64,000 nt of DNA, from positions 15,446 to 79,445 of the forward strand of contig JBCCHV010000009.1 of the NCBI GenBank assembly GCA_039028635.1, in the 5' to 3' direction. The DNA is from Acidobacteriota bacterium (GTDB lineage: Bacteria > Acidobacteriota > Thermoanaerobaculia > Multivoradales > JBCCEF01). Positions 8,672 to 15,271 of this stretch are shown piece after piece (positions within the stretch are counted from its first letter, which is position 1; each line of letters starts with the position of its first letter). Below the pieces are notes generated by a model. It did no database searches. It had not been told where the DNA came from and saw nothing but the letters and a program-made list of their open reading frames with translations. The translations under genes and the position numbers were made by a program.

Positions 8672-9585
8672 GACGTGGGCTCCGCGGGTTGGTTCTCGGG
8701 GTTCTCGCCATCGAGCTGCTCGAGCAGCTGCAGGATGCCCTGCCCCATGTCGACGGAGAGGTTCGAGGTCAGTTTGTGGCCGGTGCGCGGGCTGTAGGCG
8801 TAAGGGGTGACGCGATAGTGACCGTCGCCCTCGGCCGCCCGGTAGTCGACCTCGATCCGGCGGCCGAGAATCTCTTCGAACATGGTGAAGAGATCTTCGA
8901 GGCGGGTCGAGGTCGGGCCGGTGAGTACCAGGTGCTGGTTCTCGTGGGCCGGATCGAGGGCGTCGACGCTGAGGCGCGCGGCGTCGCCGACGTGAATGTA
9001 GTCGCGCCGGTCGTCGGGCCGGCCGCTGTGGACGATACGGCCCTCCTGGCGGGCCTGGCGCAGCAGGTGGTAGAAGCCGTTGCTGGCATCGGCCCGCGGG
9101 CCGTACAGGCTCCCGTAGCGCAGGATGGTGTAAGCGAGGCCGGACTGACGCTGGAACTCCTCGATGAAGGCCTCGCAGGACTGCTTCGAGCAGCGGTAGA
9201 AGCCGCCGGCGCGGCTGTAGACGTAAACCGTGCTGGCGAAGACGAAGCGGCGGGCGCGATGGGCGCGCGCCGCTTCGAGGGCGTGGAGGGTCCCGAGGAT
9301 ATTGAGCTTGGCGGCGTCGTGGGGCCGCGAACGGGCCTCGTTGAGGTCGGCGAGGGCGGCCAGGTGATAGACCACGTCGCAGCCCTCGGCGGCGGCCATC
9401 AGGGCGTCGGCGTCGAGGATGTCGCCTTCGACCATCTGTTGGTCAGGGCGTCGATAGGGAGAGGGTTGGCGGTCGAAGAGGGTGACTGCGAAGCCGCGTT
9501 CGCTCAAGGTGTCGGCGATATGGCTGCCGAGGAAGCCAGCGCCGCCGGTGACGAGAGCGCTGGGGGCGTCGGGGACGTCGCTCAT
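8668..9585 (-). CDS. NAD-dependent epimerase/dehydratase (SDR)
   Basis: Inside ORF 8668..10098, whose upstream part is Arg/Pro shadow. Start at MSDVPDAPSALVTGGAGFLGSH (cat 9583-9585). Has YRCSK catalytic Y-x3-K. Confidence 0.85.
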   Translation of the reverse strand: MSDVPDAPSALVTGGAGFLGSHIADTLSERGFAVTLFDRQPSPYRRPDQQMVEGDILDADALMAAAEGCDVVYHLAALADLNEARSRPHDAAKLNILGTLHALEAARAHRARRFVFASTVYVYSRAGGFYRCSKQSCEAFIEEFQRQSGLAYTILRYGSLYGPRADASNGFYHLLRQARQEGRIVHSGRPDDRRDYIHVGDAARLSVDALDPAHENQHLVLTGPTSTRLEDLFTMFEEILGRRIEVDYRAAEGDGHYRVTPYAYSPRTGHKLTSNLSVDMGQGILQLLEQLDGENPENQPAEPTS

Positions 9586-10496
9586 CCCGCTCCTCCCGCG
9601 GCGAAATGAGCGATCACCTTCTCCGTCGCCTCGAGCTCCATCGCCACCCGGCACTCGGCGGCGTAGGAGCCGATGTGGCTGGTCAGAAGGACGTTGTCGA
9701 GGTCGGTGAGGGGACCTTCGTAAGGTTCGTCTTCGAAGACGTCGAGGTGGGCGCCGGCGAGGTGGCCGGAGGAGAGGGCTTCGGCGAGGGCGGCCTCGTC
9801 GACCACGCCGCCGCGGGCGACGTTGACCAGCACCGCGCCGGGCAGCATGCTGGCGATGGCGTCGGCGTCGAGCAGTCGGCCTCCGGAAACGTGCAGGGTC
9901 ACGACCTCGGACCTTTCGAGGAGCTCCGCCAGGCCAACCCAGCGCACGTCCTCGAGGGACGGATCGGGCTCGAGATCGTGGGCCAGGAGCTCGACCATGA
10001 AGGGCTGCAACAGGCCGCGCAGGTAGCGCCCCACCCGTCCCATGCCGACAATGCCCACTCTCTTGCCGAAGAGCAGCCTGCCCATCGGCTTGGTCCACTG
10101 GCCGGCGCGCACCCGGCGATCGGCGAAAGCGATCTGGCGCAACACCGCCAACATGCCCGCCAGGGTGAGCTCGGCGACCGCCGGAACGTGGGCATCGGGG
10201 GTGTTGAGAACTTTGATGCCGAGCTCTTCTGCAGCGTCGAGGTCGACGCTGTCGAGGCCGGTGCCGACGCGCGAGATGATCCTGAGGCGTGGCGCCGCGG
10301 CGAGAATTTCGCGGTCGAGACGCTCGGTGCCGGCGATCAAGCCGTCGGCGTCGGCCAGCAGCTCACGGCTTTCGGCCGGCGTCAGTTTGCGGCCATGGGG
10401 ATTCAGGATCACCTCGCAGCCGGCGTCGGCGAGGAGATCGAGGGGATGGCGCGAGATCTTGCCGAAGGACGAGGTCGAGATGACGACGCGTTTCAT
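9582..10496 (-). CDS. D-isomer-specific 2-hydroxyacid dehydrogenase (PGDH-like)
   Basis: Inside ORF 9582..10598, with start at MKRVVISTSSF (cat 10494-10496). Has GIVGMGRVG NAD motif, NVARGGVVDE, and DVFEDEP...LLTSHIGS. Confidence 0.85.
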   Translation of the reverse strand: MKRVVISTSSFGKISRHPLDLLADAGCEVILNPHGRKLTPAESRELLADADGLIAGTERLDREILAAAPRLRIISRVGTGLDSVDLDAAEELGIKVLNTPDAHVPAVAELTLAGMLAVLRQIAFADRRVRAGQWTKPMGRLLFGKRVGIVGMGRVGRYLRGLLQPFMVELLAHDLEPDPSLEDVRWVGLAELLERSEVVTLHVSGGRLLDADAIASMLPGAVLVNVARGGVVDEAALAEALSSGHLAGAHLDVFEDEPYEGPLTDLDNVLLTSHIGSYAAECRVAMELEATEKVIAHFAAGGAG

Positions 10497-10530
10497 GGCC
10501 GGGTGCTCTCTTCTGATCCGCCGTCGCGGG

Positions 10531-11871
10531 TCAGGCCTTGACCACCTTGGCGTGGGGCTGGCGATAAATGCCGCGGGTGTCGACAACCAGCCCGGCATGC
10601 TCGAGCACGGCGTCGTAGTCGACGTCGCGATGGTCGGTCACCAGCAGCACCGCGTCTTGGGCGGCGAGGGTCTCGGCGGTGAGCTCGACGGAGCGCATCG
10701 GTGGCAGATCGGGCCAGGTGCGCATGCGCGGTGCCTCGGGAATGTAGGGGTCGTGATAGCTCACTTCGGCGCCCATCTCGAGGAGACGCTCGAGAAGCTC
10801 GAAGGCCGGGCTCTCGCGCGGATCGGCGACGTTCTTCTTGTAGGCGATGCCGAGCATCAGAATGCGACTGCCGCGCACCGGCAGGCGGCGCTCGTTGAGG
10901 GCGCTCTGCAGCTTGTCGAGGACGTAGGCCGCCATGGTGACGTTGATCTCGCCGGCGAGCTCGATGAACTTCGGCGACATGCCGAACTCGCGCGCCTTCC
11001 AGGACAGGTAGAAGGGGTCGAGGGGAATGCAGTGCCCACCCCAGCCCGGGCCGGGATTGAAGCGCATGAAGCCGAAGGGCTTGGTCTCGGCGGCGTCGAG
11101 GACCTCCCAGATGTCGATGCCCATGCGGTCGTAGATGATCTTGAGCTCGTTGACCAGGGCGATGTTGACGGCGCGGAAGATGTTCTCGGTCAGCTTGGTG
11201 GCCTCTGCCGTGCGCGCCGACGACACCCGCACCGTCTGTGGCACGAGCTGGTCGTAGAAGGCCTGGGCGAGGCGGGCCGCCGCGTCACCGACGCCGCCGA
11301 CCACCTTCGGGATGGTGCTGGTCGAGTGACTCTCGTTGCCGGGATCCTCGCGCTCCGGCGAGTAGGCGAGGAAGAAATCTTCGCCGCAGGTCATCGCCTC
11401 GCTCTCGAGGAGGGAGCGCAGCAACCCTTCGGTGGTGCCGGGATAGGTGGTCGATTCGAGGATCACCAATTGGCCGCGACGCAGCGTCGGCCGAATGCGC
11501 TCGGCGGTGGCCTCGATGTAGCTCATGTCCGGCTCGCGCTGGGCGGTGAGCGGCGTGGGTACGCAGATCAGCAGCACGTCGGGCTCGCCGAGGCGGCCGA
11601 AATCGGCGGTGGCGGTGAGGCGGCCGGCGGTCACCAAGGGGGCGATGCGATCGGCCGGACACTGACGGATGTAGGTGTCGCCGGCCATCAGGGTGGCGAC
11701 CTTGTCGCCGTCGACGTCGAAGCCGAGGGTCGGGAAGCCGCGCTCCGCCAGGGACAGGGCCAGCGGTAGGCCGACATAGCCGAGGCCCAGAATGCCGACC
11801 TGGGCCTGCCGTTGCTGGATTTTGGTCGCCAGCTCGGATTCGAGGAGAACCTCGGAAGGTGTCGTCGTCAT
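10531..11871 (-). CDS. Nucleotide-sugar dehydrogenase (UDP-GlcNAc/ManNAc dehydrogenase family)
   Basis: VGILGLGYVGLPLA Rossmann motif, VPTPL, GGHCIPLDP catalytic Cys motif. Start is either the ATG at 11871 (MTTTPSE) or the TTG at 11901. Confidence 0.9.
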   Translation of the reverse strand: MTTTPSEVLLESELATKIQQRQAQVGILGLGYVGLPLALSLAERGFPTLGFDVDGDKVATLMAGDTYIRQCPADRIAPLVTAGRLTATADFGRLGEPDVLLICVPTPLTAQREPDMSYIEATAERIRPTLRRGQLVILESTTYPGTTEGLLRSLLESEAMTCGEDFFLAYSPEREDPGNESHSTSTIPKVVGGVGDAAARLAQAFYDQLVPQTVRVSSARTAEATKLTENIFRAVNIALVNELKIIYDRMGIDIWEVLDAAETKPFGFMRFNPGPGWGGHCIPLDPFYLSWKAREFGMSPKFIELAGEINVTMAAYVLDKLQSALNERRLPVRGSRILMLGIAYKKNVADPRESPAFELLERLLEMGAEVSYHDPYIPEAPRMRTWPDLPPMRSVELTAETLAAQDAVLLVTDHRDVDYDAVLEHAGLVVDTRGIYRQPHAKVVKA

Positions 11872-12082
11872 GGATTGCTCGTTGGAATGGGTGAGGGGCA
11901 AACGAAAATCGCCCGCGTGCCGTCCTTCACACGCGAGCGATCCTATCTCAGCTCGACCTCCTTAGGAGGTAGGCCTTTGCTTCGACGGCCCATGCCTTGA
12001 GTTGCCGTGTGCTGAAGAGCACGCGGCTCCCGAGCGCTATAGCGCGAGGCGGCGGCCCTGGCCGCCGGGGACGGGGGAGAGA

Positions 12083-12132
12083 GCCAACGACATGTGCGTT
12101 GGCTCGAGGGGGGCGCCCAGAGCCCCCCTGAA
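12083..12132. repeat. REP-like palindromic element (stem-CGACATGTGCG-stem followed by a G6/C6 hairpin)
   Basis: gccaacgacatgtgcgttggc then cgaggggggcgcccagagcccccctgaa. The reverse complement of 46862-46913 aligns to it with a conserved core and compensatory stem changes. Confidence 0.7.
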
Positions 12133-12137
12133 GAAAT

Positions 12138-12188
12138 CTAGCAGTCGTATAGGAGAAGTCGCTACGCGACTTCTCCTATGGCTGCTAG
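12138..12188 (-). terminator. Long hairpin overlapping the stop codon of 12185..13084 (possible intrinsic terminator, or a copy of a dispersed element)
   Basis: Perfect 14-bp stem ataggagaagtcgc / gcgacttctcctat with a tac loop (12149-12179), plus outer arms ctagcag / ctgctag. Only a weak T-run follows on the minus strand. Confidence 0.5.
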
Positions 12189-13084
12189 AAGCCTGTCGGA
12201 CGGGTGGGCGACGGGTCCGGGTCGTCCGAGATGATGATCGTCGTGATGCCGCCGACGCCGACCACGGTGGCCGGCACCAGGAAGTCGCGCTTGTTGAACA
12301 GCGCCACCACGCAGGAGCGACAGACCTCGTCGGCGCGCGGAATCCAGGCGCTGTTGACGCGCGTGACGATGCCGTCGCAAAGCCAGTGGAAGACCTTCTT
12401 ACCTTCCTGCCAAGGCGCGGTCTCGCCGATCGTCAGGTTGAGCGCCTCGCCGGCCTCCTGCGGCGTGAAGGCGACCTCGCACTCCTCACGCACCAGGGCG
12501 ACCTTCATGTCCGACTTGGCGACCAGCTCGTTGCTGGCGTCGAAGACGGCGGCGTAGTACTCCGCCGGCTCGTTCTCGAGATCCTCCAGCCAGCGCTGGA
12601 AGGTGTCGTTGTCGAGGGCCGTCATCCAGGCCCGGTCCTCCGGGAAGCCGCCCACGGAGGCGCGCTCGCGGATGATCTCGTCGTCGAGGTCATCGTTGGG
12701 GTCACGGTCCTCGGAAGCCTCTTTGGCCTGCCACCAGGCGGCCCACAGCTCGTCCGACTCGACATCGTCCGGCGGATCGTCGAGCTCGTGCTCGCGCAGC
12801 TTGTGATCTTCGGGCCGCGGCAGGACGCCCCAATAACCTCCGGCGCTGGGGTTCATTCCCACCCAGTAGAAATCTTCCACTTCTTCGTGCATCCGCCGAA
12901 AGAACAGACGCACCGTGCTGCCGGCCGGATCGCCGGTCACTGTGGCCTTGACCACCGTGTTGCGCGCCAGCGGCAGGCATTCCACCTGCTCGACATCGAC
13001 CGCAACGGTCTGGGCCGTGGCAGCCATCGGGGCCACCATAAGAATCACCCCGAGCACGCTCAGGGAGAGAGCTGTCCTTTTCAT
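12185..13084 (-). CDS. Secreted/anchored acidic hypothetical protein
   Basis: Signal peptide MKRTALSLSVLGVILMVAPMAATAQT, a very acidic middle (DDPPDDVESDE, DRDPNDDLDDE) and a C-terminal hydrophobic segment VPATVVGVGGITTIIIS. Codon usage matches the neighbouring genes. I recognise no family. Confidence 0.6.
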   Translation of the reverse strand: MKRTALSLSVLGVILMVAPMAATAQTVAVDVEQVECLPLARNTVVKATVTGDPAGSTVRLFFRRMHEEVEDFYWVGMNPSAGGYWGVLPRPEDHKLREHELDDPPDDVESDELWAAWWQAKEASEDRDPNDDLDDEIIRERASVGGFPEDRAWMTALDNDTFQRWLEDLENEPAEYYAAVFDASNELVAKSDMKVALVREECEVAFTPQEAGEALNLTIGETAPWQEGKKVFHWLCDGIVTRVNSAWIPRADEVCRSCVVALFNKRDFLVPATVVGVGGITTIIISDDPDPSPTRPTGF

Positions 13085-13187
13085 TCGAACCTCCTGGCAG
13101 TTCGATGCGAGTTATACCGGTCCGGCGGAATGCCGTCAACTTTATCGGATCTTTGGTATTCCTAACGTTTCGATAGTACGTGCTGCA

Positions 13188-14513
13188 TTACTCGATTGCC
13201 GAGCTCGAGTCCCCGCCACCGCTGCCGAGAATCCGTTCGATATAGGTCTCGACGAAGGGAGTGCGTTTGAGATTGGGCAGGGCGCGTTCGAGGGCTTGTC
13301 GAGCCGCCGCCGCCTGACCGGCCTCGAAGTACGACACGGCCATGTAGAAGAGCAGCCCGTGGCGATCCTCGGGAGGGTCGCCGGCACGTTGGAAATAGCG
13401 TGACGCCTCGTTCCAGCGGGAAGCTCGGTAGAAGATCTCCCCGGCGAGTAGCTGGGCCTCGGCGATCGCCGGATTGCGGTCCGCGACGTCCGCCGCCAGC
13501 AGCGAGGCTTCGGTCAGGTCGCTGGCGGTGCGGGCTTCGGCCAGGGCTTGGCGCGCCTGGTCGAGAAGCTGACGGTCGCTAGTGGTCAGAGTCGCGGCCA
13601 CCTCCAGCTCGCGGGTCGGAGGAACAGCGTCCGGGACCGGTGCCGGCAGCTTGGCGACCTCGCGCTCGATCTGGCGTCGCAGGCGATTGAAGGAGCGGTC
13701 GCCCTGAATGTTCTGGGGTAGCGCCTGCAGGGCGCCCTGGGCTTCCTTCCAGCGCTCGAGCTGGCGCAGGCAGTCGACGTGGGCGTAGGCGATCGGCAGA
13801 TCGAGGCGCGAGCGCTCGCAGGCGGCGAGGTCGGGGACGGCGGCGGCGCAGGAGCCGAGGCGGGAATGGGCGATGCCGCGGACGCACAGGGCGCCCTGTT
13901 CCGTCGGGGTGCGATTCAAGATGCTGCTCGCCAGGACCACCGCCTGCTGCGGACGCTTTTGCTGCAGCTCGAGGCGCGCCAACAGCAGCGGCCAGCGATC
14001 GGACGTCGGCTCCTCGGCGATCAGACGGGTCAGGCGCTCGCGGCGCTGGCGCGGCGGCAGCTCTTCGATGCCGGCAGTCAGCCGCTGCCGCGCGAGATGG
14101 CTGAAGGCCTGGCTTTGGCGCAGCGTCTCGAGGGGCACGACCGTCGCCACCCGCGCCTCGAAGCGCTGACGCAGGTCGGCCGGGAGATCCGCCTCTCGGT
14201 ACCAGCCGCGGCTTTCCTCGAGATCCTGAATGCGCTGGAAAGTCTGATCGAAGGCCAATCCGTCGCCGGCGGCATCCTCGGCCAGGGCGAGGCGGGTCAG
14301 GCTCTCGAGCAGCCGGTCCGGTTGCTCGAGAAAACCGAAGGCGGCGAGGCGGAGGTCGCGCACCGCCTGCTCGAGGCGTCCGCGCTCGAGGGCCAGGGCG
14401 CCGTCCCTCAAGCGCTGCTCGTAGAAGGAATCGGCGCTCGACTGGGCAACGGCGGCGGGTAGCCACAGGGTGCACGCCAGCAGCGCGGCGAAGACTCGGT
14501 TCGGTCGCCTCAT
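13188..14513 (-). CDS. Secreted TPR-repeat protein
   Basis: Signal peptide MRRPNRVFAALLACTLWLPAAVAQS, with repeated A/L-rich helical-pair TPR-like patterns (LYFMAVSYFEAGQAAAARQALERAL). Confidence 0.65.
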   Translation of the reverse strand: MRRPNRVFAALLACTLWLPAAVAQSSADSFYEQRLRDGALALERGRLEQAVRDLRLAAFGFLEQPDRLLESLTRLALAEDAAGDGLAFDQTFQRIQDLEESRGWYREADLPADLRQRFEARVATVVPLETLRQSQAFSHLARQRLTAGIEELPPRQRRERLTRLIAEEPTSDRWPLLLARLELQQKRPQQAVVLASSILNRTPTEQGALCVRGIAHSRLGSCAAAVPDLAACERSRLDLPIAYAHVDCLRQLERWKEAQGALQALPQNIQGDRSFNRLRRQIEREVAKLPAPVPDAVPPTRELEVAATLTTSDRQLLDQARQALAEARTASDLTEASLLAADVADRNPAIAEAQLLAGEIFYRASRWNEASRYFQRAGDPPEDRHGLLFYMAVSYFEAGQAAAARQALERALPNLKRTPFVETYIERILGSGGGDSSSAIE

Positions 14514-14533
14514 GCTCGGGTCCTCGACCTTCC

Positions 14534-15271
14534 TCAGATGCTCGCTGGTACCGCCAGGGGGCGGTTCTCGACCACCGCCGTGGCGTTGGTCTCGGTCAGG
14601 TCACGGGCCGCTTCGTCGCCCCAGCGCTTGGCGATCTCGCGCCGCGCCGCCGACAGTCCCGGCGGCCGCCAGTCGACGCCGTGGGCATCGCTGGCCACGA
14701 ACTGCACCAGCCCTTCGTCGATCATGGCGAGGCAGCGGTCCTTGGCCGGGCGTCCGACGTCGCCGGTGAGGCACATGGCGGTGATCTGGAAGTGGGCTCC
14801 CATTTGGCGCAGGCGGTGCATCAGGTCGAGGTCTTCGCGCAGCGCCGGAATGAACTCCGGGTGGGCGAAGATCGGCCGCCAGCCGGCGACCAGCAGCTCG
14901 TGGGCGAGACCGATGGCGTCGGGCCGGGGATCGTGGCGATCGAGCTCCACTAGCAGATAGCGCGAGCCGGCCAGGGGCAGCAGGCCGTGTCGCTCGTGGT
15001 CGGCCATCTCGTCGAGGAACTCGGCATTGACCCGCAGCTCGCCGCCCGGCAGCAGCCGGGGCAGGGCGCCGATGGCGTCTTGCAGATCGCGCCGCAGGGT
15101 ATGGAGCCGGCGGGCGTCGCTGTTGTCCCAGCTCGGTGAGCGTTGATGCGGCGTGGTGATCATGATGCGCACGCCATCGGCGGCCGCCAGACGGCACATT
15201 TCGACCGCCTGGGCGAGGTCCTCGGCACCGTCGTCGATGCCGGGCAGGACGTGCGAGTGGATGTCGATCAT
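14534..15271 (-). CDS. PHP-domain protein-tyrosine phosphatase (CpsB/CapC/YwqE type)
   Basis: MIDIHSHVLPGIDDGA N-terminal metal motif and ASDAHG C-terminal motif. Lies immediately downstream of the tyrosine autokinase. Confidence 0.9.
   Translation of the reverse strand: MIDIHSHVLPGIDDGAEDLAQAVEMCRLAAADGVRIMITTPHQRSPSWDNSDARRLHTLRRDLQDAIGALPRLLPGGELRVNAEFLDEMADHERHGLLPLAGSRYLLVELDRHDPRPDAIGLAHELLVAGWRPIFAHPEFIPALREDLDLMHRLRQMGAHFQITAMCLTGDVGRPAKDRCLAMIDEGLVQFVASDAHGVDWRPPGLSAARREIAKRWGDEAARDLTETNATAVVENRPLAVPASI

Noticed and set aside
8668-10098. N-terminal extensions of several ORFs (8668..10098, 9582..10598, 7261..8175, 941..2194, 36211..36690, 51525..52460, 54581..57490)
   Set aside because: The extensions are Arg/Pro/Ser-rich and overlap the upstream gene. 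Internal Met or GTG starts give canonical N-termini (Rossmann GxGxxG, DxDG of HAD and so on) and 4-nt coupled overlaps, so I used the shorter forms.
12185-13084. PEP-CTERM/exosortase cargo protein
   Set aside because: A C-terminal hydrophobic segment exists, but there is no PEP motif before it and no Arg-rich tail after it. No exosortase gene is in the window.
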